A DNA stretch of 64,000 bases from Dictyostelium discoideum (Eukaryota). The notes below the pieces were generated by a model. That model did no database searches. It was not told where the DNA came from and saw only the letters and a program-made list of their open reading frames with translations. Position 1 is the stretch's first letter; every line of letters starts with the position of its first letter. Positions 26,225 through 43,706 of this stretch are shown in pieces. Made by a program: the position numbers and the translations under genes. The stretch spans positions 2,720,001 through 2,784,000 of the forward strand of contig CM000151.3 in assembly GCA_000004695.1 (NCBI GenBank), given 5' to 3'.

Positions 26225-28240
26225 ATGTATAAACTTAGTGATCCTTTTGATTATTTAAATGATAATAGTTATTCAAAGTCTAATCCAGAAGCTTTTTGGG
26301 ATGAGGTTGCTAAAAAGAATGTTTTTTGGTAAATATATATCTTTTTTTTTCTTTGTTAAAAAAGAGATATTAAAATTAAAACAAAAACTAAGATTTTTAA
26401 AAATAAAAGGGATAAAATGTATGATAAAGTTTATAGTGGCGATGAAATATATCCAGATTGGTTTAAAGGTGGTGAATTAAATACATGTTATAATTTATTA
26501 GATATTCATATTAAAAATCCTGCTAAAAGAGATCAAGATGCATTAATTTATGAATGTCCATTTTTAAAGAAAACAATTAAATTAACATATTATCAATTAT
26601 ATGAAAAAGTATGTGAATTTTCAAGAGTACTTTTAAATTTAAATGTTTCAAAAAATGATAATGTTTTAATATTTATGGCAAATACATTAGAACCATTGAT
26701 TGCAATGTTATCATGTGCTCGTATTGGTGCAACTCAATGTACATTATTCGATGGTTCTTCGGTTAAAAGTTTAATAGATAGAATCGAAACAATTACACCA
26801 AAATTAATAATTACAACAAATTATGGTATTTTAAATGACGAAATCATTACATTTACACCAAATTTAAAAGAAGCAATTGAATTATCAACTTTTAAACCAA
26901 GTAATGTAATAACTTTATTTAGAAATGAAGTTTTGGATGAAACAAAATTAAAAAAAGTTCAAACTATTCCAACTATTCCAAATACATTAAGTTGGTATGA
27001 TGAAATTAAAAAATTAAAAGAAAATAATCAATCACCATTTTATGAATATGTACCAGTAGAATCAAGTCATCCATTATATATACTTTATACAAGTGGCACA
27101 ACTGGTAATACCAAAGCTGTTGTAAGAAGTAATGGTCCGCATATGGTTGGTATTAAATACTATACATTCCGTAAAGAATCAGATATACCTCAAATTGTAT
27201 TTTCACATACAAATATTGGGTGGGTATCATTTCATGGTTTCTTTTATGGTTTATTATCTGGAGGAAACACCTTGGTAATGTATGAAGGTGGTATTATAAA
27301 AAACAAACATATGGAAGATGATTTATGGATAGCTATTGTAAAACATAAAGTAACACATACGTTTCCATCCCCATCTGTATTTAGATACCTTATTAAAACT
27401 GATCCTGAAGGAACAATTGTACGTTCTAAGTATGATTTATCAAATTTAAAAGAAATATGGTGTGGTGGTGAAGTAATTGAAGAATCAATTCCAGAATATA
27501 TTGAACAAAAGTTAAAAATAAAATGTTTAAGAGTATTTGGTCAAAGTGAAATTGGCGTAACTTCATTTATTAGTGTCCATGCTTTAAATATTCCTTATAG
27601 AGCCACTGGCGTACCATCAATTTATATTAGACCATCAATACTTTCAGAAGAAGGTGAAGTTTTGAATTCAAATGAAATTGGTTTAGTTGCATTTAAACTA
27701 CCAATGCCTCCCAGTTTTACAATTACATTTTATAAAAATGATGAAAAGTTTAAACAACTATTTACAAGATTTCCAGGTTACTACGATTCAGGTGATTTAG
27801 GTTATAAAGATCAAAGAGGATTTTATACAATTGTTTCAAGATCAGATGATCAAATTAAGATAGGTTTTAATAAAATTCAATTAAATACAATTGACACATC
27901 AATTTTAAAACATCCATCAGTTTTAGAATGTTGTTCTATTGGTATTTTAAGTCCAGATTGCCATACTGCACCGATTGGTATATTGGTATTAAAAGAAAAT
28001 CCATCAATTGATTTAAATAAATTACAAAATGAAATTAATAATATCATCACGCAAGATATTGAATCACTGGCAGTCTTAAAAAAAATAATAGTTATTAACC
28101 AATTACCAAAAACAAAAGTTGGTAAAATTCCAAGACAAATTTTATCAAATTTATTAAATGATCCAAACTATCAATTACCAGACGATGTCAATGACTCTGA
28201 ACTATTTTATAAAATCAAAGAGTTATATATGAAAAATTAA
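26225..28240 (+). CDS. Acetyl-CoA synthetase-like acyl-CoA ligase, paralog I (intact; 2 exons)
   Basis: Exon 1 is 26225..26328, the intron is 26329..26409, and exon 2 is 26410..28240 (607 aa ORF). It is about 98% identical to paralog J. Confidence 0.85.
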
Positions 28241-28577
28241 TTTTAGCAAAGTTTTTGTAAATTGTTTTTGTTCTAAAAAAAAAAAAAAAAAAAAAGAGTA
28301 ATAATAATTAAAAAAGAAAATAATTTGGATTATTTTTTTTTAATTTAATAAAAGTAGGAGATATAAAAAATAAATAAAAAATATAAAAAAAAAATAAAAA
28401 AATTTAAACTTTTAAATAATATGTTTGAAATTATTTGATTTTTTTTTTTTTTTGACTAAAAATAGTGTTTTACTATGGGACAAAAAGAGTTTTTTTAATC
28501 CACCTCCATCCTTATTGTTTTGTTTAAAGGGGTTTTCTCCCGTTGTAATTTAATTAATTTTAAATTAAATTTAATTT

Positions 28578-28578
28578 T

Positions 28579-28633
<55 letters not shown>
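28578..28633. repeat. Poly(A) tract of about 56 nt; its duplicate is at 33317..33372
   Basis: Uninterrupted A run inside the duplicated 3' flank of paralogs I and J. Confidence 0.95.
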
Positions 28634-28637
<4 letters not shown>

Positions 28638-28800
28638 TATTTAATTTTACAAAAAGTTTCATTATAATATTTAAAAACCAAAATATAAAAAAAATGTCAC
28701 ACAAATTCCCCACTTAAAATATTATTATAATTTCAAAAATATTTAATTAAAAAAGAAATATATAATAAATAAGAATAAAATAAAAATAATATAATTTGGT

Positions 28801-29130
28801 AGTTAAAATGGATTCTAACTTTATCGGTTGAGTTGAAAGAAGTCGCACAAATTTTGTAACTTAAAAAAGAACTAAGGTTTCTATTTCAACCTCTGTTTTT
28901 AATTTTTTCCAAAATATTAAAACCGCAATAAGGCTACGACATCAATAAAATTGAAATATTTGCTTATTGTGAATTCTCACACGGTATATTGTGTAACACA
29001 CACCACCCAGGTTTAACTTCATGAACGCACCGTCAATAGGAATTCACTACAGCAGCGTAGTCAAATTAAATAATAAAATTCACTACGCTACTGTAGTGAA
29101 ATTTTATGGAAAATTCCCTCCAACAATAAT
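28801..29130 (+). mobile_element. Short (~330 bp) copy of an unassigned repetitive element
   Basis: 28801..28990 matches 33535..33725 and the reverse complement of 62150..62330. It is followed by a hairpin-forming segment (aattcactacagcagcgtagtc ... cactacgctactgtagtgaaatt) and then by a repeat of flank 28310-28500 at 29150-29350. Confidence 0.5.
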
Positions 29131-29786
29131 AATTAAAAAAGAAAATAATTTGGATTATTTTTTTTTTAATTTAATAAAAGTAGGAGATATAAAAAATATA
29201 TAAAAAATATAAAAAAAAAATAAAAAAATTTAAACTTTTAAATAATATGTTTGAAATTATTTGATTTTTTTTTTTTTGATTTTTTTTTTTTAATTATTTT
29301 TTTTTTTTGACTAAAAATAGTGTTTTACTATGGGACGAAAAGAGTTTTTTTAATCCACCTCCTTCCTTATTATTTTACATATATCCAAATTATTAATTAA
29401 TTATCCATATTTTTTGGATTCTATCCTTTTTTTATTTTTTATCACCACTAAAGAGATATTCCTTAAAAAAAAAAAAAAATAGAGAAAATAAGGAAAAATA
29501 GATAAATTTTTTTAAATTTTTTTTTCTTAAAAAACTGCAAATAAAAATAAAAACTAGACTGTTTGGTTATTAAAATGAATATTTATTTATATTTTTAAGA
29601 TTTTTTTTTATTTTTTTTTTTTCAAAAGATATGAAAAAATTTTGATCAGTAAAAAAAAATTTAACAATTTAATTTTAAAAAAATAATTATAAAATCCCAA
29701 TCTAAGCAATGAGAAAGATATAAAATAATTTGTTTTGTTTTTAATTCAAACAATGAGAAAGATATAAAATGATTCTATTTATATTT

Positions 29787-29824
<38 letters not shown>

Positions 29825-30962
29825 CTTTGGACTCCATTTTATCTAGGCATTTAATTAGACAAAACTTAAATAAAGATAATTACAAAAAATATATGAATGA
29901 AAATTTTTAAAACCCTATAGATATTGGGCAGATATGATAATTTCAAACCTTTTTTTAATTTAAAAAAAAAAAAAAAAAAATATCTTGCACGGGAAAAAAA
30001 AACCTAGTAAAATGTTAAATTATTTAAAAAAAAATAAAAATTCTTATATTTTAATATTTTTTATTTAAATATTTATTGTACACCCATTATTTTTTATCAT
30101 TTTATTATAGTTTTTAATAATCTACAATATATTAAACTATAGTTTAATGTTTTAAAAAATGAGAAATTTCAATAGTATTATTTCCTATTAATTGTTGTAT
30201 ATTATTAAATTATAGTTTTATGTTTTAAAAAATGAGAAATTACAATAGTAAAATTTCTCACAATATGGTAAATCAATAAATTTTTTATAATTTAATGACA
30301 AATTAATATTCAATTCTAATTAAATAATATAAGATTTTTTCAATTTTTAATTTATTAAAATATATTTTTTTTATGGCCAGATTCTTTTTAATTATTTTAT
30401 GATAATTTAATAATAAAGTGTGATTAATTATTAATTAGAAATTGATATTAGTTTATTAAAAATTTTATTATATAAAAATATTATCTAACAAACAATAAGA
30501 ATTTTTTTTTTTTTCATTAGAATTTTTGCACTTTCCCAAAAAATTCTCCATATTATTTTATTTATTTATATTTTTTATTGCGACATTAATTTCTTATTTT
30601 TTTTTATTATGAATTATGGTATATGTAAAAAAAAGTAGTAGGAATAAATTTGGAGATTTTAAATAAACCTTTTTCATGTATCTTTTAAATAATCTTAATT
30701 GAAATTATTAGTGGACATATTTTTTTTATTTAATTTTATTCATTTCATAATTCTAGTTTACTCACTTTTTGTAATTTAGGATATTCATAATATGAATAAT
30801 TTTTAATGACGGGTGCAATAAAATTTATTTTTATGTATAAATTTTTTTTTTCCATGATTTAGTATTATTAATTTTTTTTTTCTTTTTTTTTTTTAATATT
30901 TCATTTGTATTTTATTATATTTAATTTTTCATTTTCATTTTATTAAATAATTAAAAACAAAT

Positions 30963-32978
30963 ATGTATAAACTTAGTGATCCTTTTGATTATTTAAATGA
31001 TAACAGTTATTCAAATTCTAATCCAGAAGCTTTTTGGGATGAGGTTGCTAAAAAGAATGTTTTTTGGTAAATATATATCTTTTTTTTTCTTTGTTAAAAA
31101 AGAGATATTAAAATTAAAACAAAAACTAAGATTTTTAAAAATAAAAGGGAAAAAATGTATGATAAAGTTTATAGTGGCGATGAAATATATCCAGATTGGT
31201 TTAAAGGTGGTGAATTAAATACATGTTATAATTTATTAGACATTCATATTAAAAATCCTGCTAAAAGAGATCAAGATGCATTAATTTATGAATGTCCATA
31301 TTTAAAGAAAACAATTAAATTAACCTATTATCAATTATATGAAAAAGTATGTAAATTTTCAAGAGTTCTTTTAAACTTAAATGTTTCAAAAAATGATAAT
31401 GTTTTAATATTTATGGCAAATACATTAGAACCATTAATTGCAATGTTATCATGTGCTCGTATTGGTGCAACTCAATGTACATTATTCGATGGTTATTCGG
31501 TTAAAAGTTTAATAGATAGAATCGAAACAATTACACCAAAATTAATAATTACAACAAATTATGGTATTTTTAATGACGAAATCATTACATTTACACCAAA
31601 TTTAAAAGAAGCAATTGAATTATCAACTTTTAAACCAAGTAATGTAATTACTCTATTTAGAAATGAAGTTTTGGATGAAACAAAATTAAAAAAAGTTCAA
31701 AATATTCCAACTATTCCAAATACATTAAGTTGGTATGATGAAATTAAAAAATTAAAAGAAAATAATCAATCACCATTTTATGAATATGTACCAGTAGAAT
31801 CAAGTCATCCATTATATATACTTTATACAAGTGGCACAACTGGTAATACCAAAGCTGTTGTAAGAAGTAATGGTCCGCATATGGTTGGTATTAAATACTA
31901 TACATTCCGTAAAGAATCAGATATACCTCAAATTGTATTTTCAAATGCAAATATTGGGTGGGTATCATTTCATGGTTTCTTTTATGGTTTATTATCTGGA
32001 GGAAACACCTTGGTAATGTATGAAGGTGGTATTATAAAAAACGAACATATAGAAGATGATTTATGGATAGCTATTGTAAAACATAAAGTAACACATACAT
32101 TTCCATCCCCATCTGTATTTAGATACCTTATTAAAACTGATCCTGAAGGAACAATTGTACGTTCTAAGTATGATTTATCAAATTTAAAAGAAATATGGTG
32201 TGGCGGTGAAGTAATTGAAGAATCAATTCCAGAATACATTGAACAAAAGTTAAAAATAAAATGTTTAAGAGTATACGGTCAAAGTGAAATTGGCGTAACT
32301 TCATTTATTAGTGTCCATGCTTTAAATATTCCTTATAGAGCCACTGGCGTACCATCAATTTATATTAGACCATCAATACTTTCAGAAGAAGGTGAAGTTT
32401 TGAATTCAAATGAAATTGGTTTAGTTGCATTTAAACTACCAATGCCACCCAGTTTTGCAATTACATTTTATAAAAATGATGAAAAGTTTAAACAACTATT
32501 TACAAGGTTTCCAGGTTACTATGATTCAGGTGATTTAGGTTATATAGATCAAAGAGGATTTTATACAATTGTTTCAAGATCAGATGATCAAATTAAGATA
32601 AGTTGTAATAAAATTCAATTAAATACAATTGACACATCAATTTTAAAACATCCATCAGTTTTAGAATGTTGTTCTATTGGTATTTTAAGTCCAGATTGTC
32701 GTACTGCACCGATTGGTATATTGGTATTAAAAGAAAATCCATCAATTGATTTAAATAAATTACAAAATGAAATTAATAATATCATCACGCAAGATATTGA
32801 ATCACTGGCAGTCTTAAAAAAAATAATAGTTATTAACCAATTACCAAAAACAAAAGTTGGTAAAATTCCAAGACAAATTTTATCAAATTTATTAAATGAT
32901 CCAAACTATCAATTACCAGACGATGTCAATGACTCTGAACTATTTTATAAAATCAAAGAGTTATATATGAAAAATTAA
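30963..32978 (+). CDS. Acetyl-CoA synthetase-like acyl-CoA ligase, paralog J (intact; 2 exons)
   Basis: Exon 1 is 30963..31066, the intron is 31067..31147, and exon 2 is 31148..32978 (607 aa ORF). Confidence 0.85.
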
Positions 32979-33316
32979 TTTTAGCAAAGTTTTTGTAAAT
33001 TGTTTTTGTTCTAAAAAAAAAAAAAAAAAAAAAGAGTAATAATAATTAAAAAAGAAAATAATTTGGATTATTTTTTTTTAATTTAATAAAAGTAGGAGAT
33101 ATAAAAAATAAATAAAAAATATAAAAAAAAAATAAAAAAATTTAAACTTTTAAATAATATGTTTGAAATTATTTGATTTTTTTTTTTTTTTGACTAAAAA
33201 TAGTGTTTTACTATGGGACAAAAAGAGTTTTTTTAATCCACCTCCATCCTTATTGTTTTGTTTAAAGGGGTTTTCTCCCGTTGTAATTTAATTAATTTTA
33301 AATTAAATTTAATTTT

Positions 33317-33376
<60 letters not shown>

Positions 33377-33534
33377 TTTTAATTTCACAAAAGTTTTCAT
33401 AATAGATATTAGATACCAGATATTAAAAAAATGTCACACAAAATCACCACATAAAATAATAATATAAATTCAAAAATAATTTAATTAAAAAGAAAATAAT
33501 AATTAATTAGAATAAAATTAAAATAATATAATAT

Positions 33535-34005
33535 TGTAGTTTAAATTGGATCTAACCCTATCGGCTGAGGTTGAAGTAGTTCGCTCAAATCTGTTAACTA
33601 TAAAAAGAACTAGGTTTCTAATTCAACCTCAGTAATAAATATATACAAAATAATAAAAACGCGATAGGGCTACGGTCATCAATTAAATTGAATATATTGC
33701 TAATGATGAATCTCAACAACAGGATAATGAGGAACAACAACAACAACCACAGGTATCAACATTCAATGAACAGCAACGTCAAATAAGGGAACAGCAGCAG
33801 GTAATAGATAAACAAAATCAACTTCTTCAACAACACATTCAATTAATAAATCAACAATCTCAACAACAATTAAATAACCATTCGACACCACCATCATCAC
33901 CCAACATTACAACACCAATAACTTCAGCAGCAATAACCAATACAATAAAGAAATCATTAGGAAAAACTAACACTGATGACACCGACCACCAGTTGTTACA
34001 ATTAA
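33535..34005 (+). mobile_element. Fragment of a repetitive element: terminal structure plus the start of a Q/N-rich ORF
   Basis: 33535..33725 is the terminal region and contains the internal inverted repeat gaggttgaa...ttcaacctc. 33720..34005 encodes ...QQRQIREQQQVIDKQNQLLQQHIQLINQQSQQQLNNHSTPPSSPNITTPITSAAITNTIKKSLGKTN. The same element occurs inverted at 61540..62330. Confidence 0.55.
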
Positions 34006-34217
34006 AATGAATATTATTTATATTTTTAAGATTTTTTTTATTTTTTTTTTTTCAAAAGATATGAAAAAATTTTGATCAGTAAAAAAAAATTTAACAATTT
34101 AATTTTAAAAAAATAATTATAAAAATCCCAATCTAAGCAATGAGAAAGATATAAAATAATTTGTTTTGTTTTTTATTCAAACAATGAGAAAGATATAAAA
34201 TGATTTTATTTATTTTT

Positions 34218-34249
<32 letters not shown>

Positions 34250-34938
34250 CTTTGGACTCCATTTTATCTAGGCATTTAATTAGACAAAACTTAAATAAAG
34301 ATAATTACAAAAAATATATGAATGGAAATTTTTAAAACCCTAGAGATATTGGGCAGATATGATAGTTTCAAACCTTTTTTTATTTTAAAAAAAAAAAAAA
34401 AAAAATATCTTTACAATAAAAATTGTAAAAAAAAAAATATATATAGTGAAAAAAATCAAAAAAGCACTATTAAAAAGAAGAATTCAATTCACTTAACTTA
34501 AAATCAAAATCAAAATAAATATATAATTGAACACTTTTTTAATTAATTTAAAAAAAAAAAAAATTAAAAAAAAAAAAAAAAATACTAGTATACTCACTTA
34601 CATATATTTATATTTGTAAATTATATCGCAATTATTTTATTCCTTTTCAAATAATTATCAGTGCAAAAAAATAATGATAATAAAAATGAAAAAAAAAATT
34701 TACCACATCTTAGTCCCATATTTAACTAGTTTTTAATTAAATTCAACACAACTATGATTTTGAAAAAAAAAAAATAAAAAATAAAAAAAAAAAATGTATT
34801 ACTTTTTTTTTAAACAATTTTATTTATTTATTTTTATTTATTTTTCTTATTATATATCTCTATAATCTATATTATTTTTTTTTTTTTTTTTTTTTTTCTA
34901 TATATCTCTAATTTTTTTTTTAAATAACAATAATAATA

Positions 34939-35304
34939 ATGAAAACTGAAAAAGGTGCTTACAAATGTACCCAAAAATTTTGCAGCATGTCTTATGGTTA
35001 CGCTAGCTCACTCTCAAGACATATTACCAAGAAACATGCAGGTGCTGTAAGAAATAAATCTGCTTCAAATAAACCAATGGTAATGTGCCGCCACTCTGAT
35101 TGCACTTTCCTCTGCCACACAAAACACCGTCGTAGACATGAAAAGTGTCACAAAAATCTTTGCAAAGACCAAGAATGTCCCGCTTGTACCAATCCAGATC
35201 AATTTAAAAGAGGTAGAAAACCTAAACATTTGGTAGATCCTAAAAATTCCATAATTTCCTCTAGACAGTCGAACTACTGTTCAATTCAAAATTTGTTTAA
35301 ATAA
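34939..35304 (+). CDS. Small C2H2-type zinc-finger-like protein
   Basis: 121 aa ORF. YKCTQKFCSMSYGYASSLSRHITKKH fits C-x4-C-x12-H-x4-H, and a second Cys/His cluster is CRHSDCTFLCHTKHRRRHEKCH. The C-terminus is basic. Confidence 0.5.
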   Translation: MKTEKGAYKCTQKFCSMSYGYASSLSRHITKKHAGAVRNKSASNKPMVMCRHSDCTFLCHTKHRRRHEKCHKNLCKDQECPACTNPDQFKRGRKPKHLVDPKNSIISSRQSNYCSIQNLFK

Positions 35305-35313
35305 AAAAAATCG

Positions 35314-35353
<40 letters not shown>

Positions 35354-35471
35354 ATAATAATAATAATATTAAAGATTAAAAATTAAAAAAAAATAAAAAT
35401 AAACCTGTTTTTTAAAGATGGAAATAACAAAACAAATTAATTTTTTTGAATTTATTATTTTTTATTCAAAA

Positions 35472-35508
<37 letters not shown>

Positions 35509-36319
35509 CTTGGGTTTTAAGGAAAAAAAAAAAAATAAATAAAAAAAATTTTATTTTTTATTTCGTACAAGTGTTAATTATTATTAAAAAATTAAAAAAT
35601 TAATGTTTTCAAATCGCTCAATGATCAAAACACGTTAGTACTATTTTTAACCAAAAACCCAAAAACCCAAAAAAAAAAAAAACGAATTATAGTCAAGCAA
35701 CATGTAATGAAAAATTATAACCATAATTAAAACTCAACAATTAGAAAAAAAAAAAAAAAAGAAAAAAAAAAAAAAAAAAAAAATTATTCTTTACAATAAA
35801 CACAATAATTTTAAAAAAAAATTTAAATATTTTGGAGTAAAGCGAAAAAAAAAAATACGAATCGTATTATTATTTTAATCTTTCATTAAACAATTAATTT
35901 TATTTTTTTTTTTTTTTTTTTATTTTAAAAATGTTTTTTTATTTTGTGATTGGAGGCAAAATAAATTAAAAAAAAAAAAAAATTAAAAAAAAAAAAAATT
36001 AAAAAAATATCTTTTGCTTTTAAAAAAAAACGGCAAAATCCATTGATTAAATCCTCAAAACTCAGGAAATCTTACTACAGTGCATTTTCACATAAAAAAT
36101 GTCCTAGTTAATAAAGAAATTAAATTTGGATAATGTTTTTTTTTTTTTCTTTTCTCTATTTTTTAAAAGATTTTTGAATATTTAAAAAAAAGCTTTTTTT
36201 TTTTTTCTTTTTATTTTTGTTTTTTTAAAAATTTAAAAAAAAAAAAAAAGAAAAAGAAAAAGAAAAAAATAATAATAACAATAATAATAAAAAAAAAGAA
36301 AAAAAAAAAAAAATTAAAT

Positions 36320-40155
<3,836 letters not shown>

Positions 40156-40430
40156 ATAAAAAAATAAAATAAAAACTTTTAAATATAAGAATAGTTAATT
40201 TTTTTTTTTTTTTGACACCCAAATTTGTGAATGTCAGTTTCCAGTGTTTTATTATTTTAAATAAATAAATATAATTATAGTGATTGTGATTGTGATTGTG
40301 ATATTATTATTATTGTTTTTTTTTTTTTTTTTTTTTTTTTTTATTTTTAATTTTAATTTTAAAATTTGAAAAATGTAATTATAATCTTCAAATGAGATAA
40401 TTAAAAAAAAGGGGTTAGTGTTTTGGTGTA

Positions 40431-41261
40431 TTACATAGTAACAGTATCTAATTGATTGTTTTGATTTTTAATAATTATACCATTAATTTCAAACTTTAAA
40501 AATTCTAAACGAGCAAGGGTAAAATTTGGATCTAATTTATTGACGATCAAAGAGATGATATCTTTTTTAGTTTTACCTAAACAAAGCTCATGGTCATTCA
40601 TTTCCATAGCTAAATGATACCAAGCCAATGAGTTTTTAGCATTTGAAAAATCGGATAAACATTGGTCCTCTTGTTCCAAGGATTTTATAAACATTTGTTT
40701 TCTTGATAATTGTGATTTAAATGAATCGATATTATATCTTTTCATTAATAAACCCAATTCTAAATAAAGGTTTGGACTATACTTTGTATCTAATGATAGT
40801 GCGACACTAAGGAATTCAATTTTATTTCTAACATCATCTTCATTATCTTCACGAATTAATTTTGATAAAGCGTAATAAGTCTTTGAAAAGTTTGGATTAA
40901 TTTGACTCTCTTTCAATAGTAATTCTTGTTTATTCATCACCGATACACCATCTAATAATGTTATAGTTGATAAATCATCATCTAATTCCTCTGATAATTG
41001 ATAATATAACATTGGTCTATTTGGATCTAATTCAATTGATTTTAATAATACATCTATTCTATTCATTGTTACTTGATTGTTATTTTTATTATTGTTTTTA
41101 TTATTGCTGTTGTTGTTATTGCTATTGTTATTGTTATTGTTGTTGGTTTTACCTTTTAATAATACACTTTCATCTTTATTCATTTCTTGATATAATAAAT
41201 GATAATATTCACTATAGAATGGATATTGGTTTATTAATCTTATAAGTTTTAATTTTCTTTT

Positions 41262-41300
<39 letters not shown>

Positions 41301-43018
41301 TATTAAAAAATTATATTATTATTATTATTATTATTATTAATATATATATATATAATTTTATATTTACCAATTTCATTATTTAATAAATTTTTAAATTTTA
41401 AATATTTTTGATGATCAATTTCTTTATAATAATTTGATAATGAAGAGAAAATGAATTTATAATAATCAGTGGTTGAATTTTGTTTTGAAGATTCAATCAT
41501 TGAATAAATTAAATCTAATTTAGAGTAAGATTTTGAACCAATTAATACAACCTCTTTATTATCAATCGATTGAATTAATAATTTTTTACATTCTAAATGA
41601 TTTGGATTAATTTCTAATGCTCTTGTAAATGATGATATTATATTCCATGAACAATTGAAATTACCATTACTATCTACTGATTTAATTGATTGATTTCTAT
41701 TCTCTAAATAACAGCCAAGTTTAAAATAAGATTCTGCAAAACTATTTGGAATTGTTTGAATATTACTATTATCGATTATATACTGCTCTTGTATCGAAAT
41801 TGCAATACCAAGTAATTGTAATCTATTTAATTTTATTGATTTTTCATCATCACCATCACCATTATCAATTATAACTAAATCATAATTATTTAATAATTTA
41901 TTTGATAATTTTAAATATAAAGTTGGTTCATTTGGAAATTGTAAAATTGCTTCAGTTAAAATTTTAATCGATTGTTGTGGTGTAATTTCAGGTTGTTCAG
42001 ATAAATAGATTGAAGAGAATGGTGTTGTATTTTTATTTAACTGATAATTGTTTTTACAAATTTCAAATGTTGAAAGTTTATCACCATTCATCATTTGAAT
42101 TTCACCAAGGTTGTTAACTAATAAAAAGGTTGCTAAATTATGATTGGCTACTAAATTACCTGGCTCCATATCTAAAACCTTTAAAAACAATTCCAACTTG
42201 TTTAAACCAACCCATTGGAATCTATTATCATTCATTAATATTGGTAGCACAATTCTATCTTGTAACATTGTCGATTGATAATTTGTTAATTTAATATAGG
42301 GTGGTGTAAATGATGGACTGATTTCAATCTCTTTAATCAACAACTCCTTCAATGTGAATTTTGTTGTACCGTCTAGTAATGTCAATACGTAATCGTCGTC
42401 ACACTCTTCAATATCTTTCAACCAACTATATAAAAAGTAATGAATGAAGGCTTGTTTTGGCTCAATATTTAATATCTCTAAAAATATTTCCAATTGTCCA
42501 ATCTCTCTACCATTAACGATTGCAACATCTCTTGCTCCTAATAATTCTGATAGTTTTTGATAATTTTCAATATTAAATGGTTCCAATTCAATTTGTTTTG
42601 TAATTTTCTTTACTTCAAAATTATTTATTATTCTTACTGTATAATTCTTTTTATTTTTATTATTTTTATTATTACCACTACTACTACTACTATTATTCTT
42701 GTTGCTATCGTTGCTAGTTTGTGATGTTTGTTTAGAATTTGATGATGATGATGATGACTTTTTATTTAATGTGGAATAATGAAGTTTATAGAAATTTCTA
42801 TATGCATTTTTAAAATTATTTATTGTAGTATTATTGGATTGGCTATCGGTGTTATTTCCAAATAAATTTAAAAAAGATAAACCATTATTATTATTATTAT
42901 TATTGTTATTATTGTTATTATTATTACCGCTATTTGCAAAAATAGTACCACCACTATTACTAGTAACAATTAATTGGCTTGGTTTTTTTGCAATACCATT
43001 TAATAGTATTCTAAACAT
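40431..43018 (-). CDS. TPR-like repeat protein (2 exons, about 827 aa)
   Basis: Exon 1 is 41368..43018 and exon 2 is 40431..41263. The intron 41264..41367 (104 bp) has donor GTAAAT and acceptor TTTTAG, joins in phase 1, and has no stop across the junction (...NNEIG|EKRKLKLIRLINQYPFYSEYYHLLYQEMNKDES...). Repeated ~40 aa units (IELEPFNIENYQKLSELL, ALEINPNHLECKKLL, SIELDPNRPMLYYQLSEEL) occur in both exons. Confidence 0.6.
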
Positions 43019-43169
43019 TTTATTATTATTATAATTATTATTATTTTTATTTTATTTTATTTTTTTTTTTATGTATACATAAAAAAAAAAATAAAAATAA
43101 TAAAAATAAAAAACCACACGTAATGTTATGTATTTCGCAGTGTGTTTTGAATCACGCAAACAAAATGAT

Positions 43170-43212
<43 letters not shown>

Positions 43213-43655
43213 ATTAAAATAAAAGTGATTTTTTTTAAAAAAAAAAAAAATTAAAAAAAAAATAAAAAAAATATCCAAAAGACTATCGTTTAATTTTTAC
43301 TGGTGAAAATATGTTTTTAAAAAATTTGCAGAATTTGGGACCAAATATATTTAAAAAAAAAAAAAAAAAAATTATTGTTAAATTAAATAATCAAAAAAAA
43401 AGAAATACTATTACTAAAATAATAAAATAAAAAAAATAAATGTAAAATTATAAAATACCAAATCCTTTTAAATGAAGAAGTGAAAAAAAAAAAAAAAATA
43501 AATAAAAAATTAGATTATTTTAAAATTTTTTTTTTTTTTTTTTTCCTACCAGCTCAAAAAATTGAAAATAATAATTCAAATACCAGAACATTAAATGTAA
43601 ATACTTCCCAAACCATTGTTTGATTAGTTTTGGTTAATAACCAGAGATTGAGCGA

Positions 43656-43706
<51 letters not shown>

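Larger units (their letters stand above)
30470..34400. repeat. Segmental duplication unit, a copy of 26090..29960
   Basis: Near-identical upstream flank, gene (I vs J), 3' flank with an A56-58 tract, the embedded repeat element and the distal flank (29570-29960 matches 34010-34400). The two copies differ only by a few large indels. Confidence 0.8.

Noticed and set aside
26259-26480. ORFs 26259..26480 and 30997..31218 (73 aa) overlapping exon 1, the intron and the start of exon 2 of paralogs I and J
   Set aside because: They are out of frame relative to the conserved two-exon ligase gene and run through the intron, so they are artefacts of ignoring splicing.
28801-28990. Possible tRNA or tRNA-derived SINE at the repeat-element terminus (28801-28990, 33535-33725, 62150-62330)
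   Set aside because: I could not build a cloverleaf and found no GTTCGAATC-type T-loop or anticodon stem. The similarity among the three copies extends well beyond tRNA length, so this is more likely a transposon terminus.
40261-40290. (GTGATT)4 short tandem repeat downstream of the large N-rich gene
   Set aside because: It is too short to tell apart from chance or a simple microsatellite, and has no obvious functional context.
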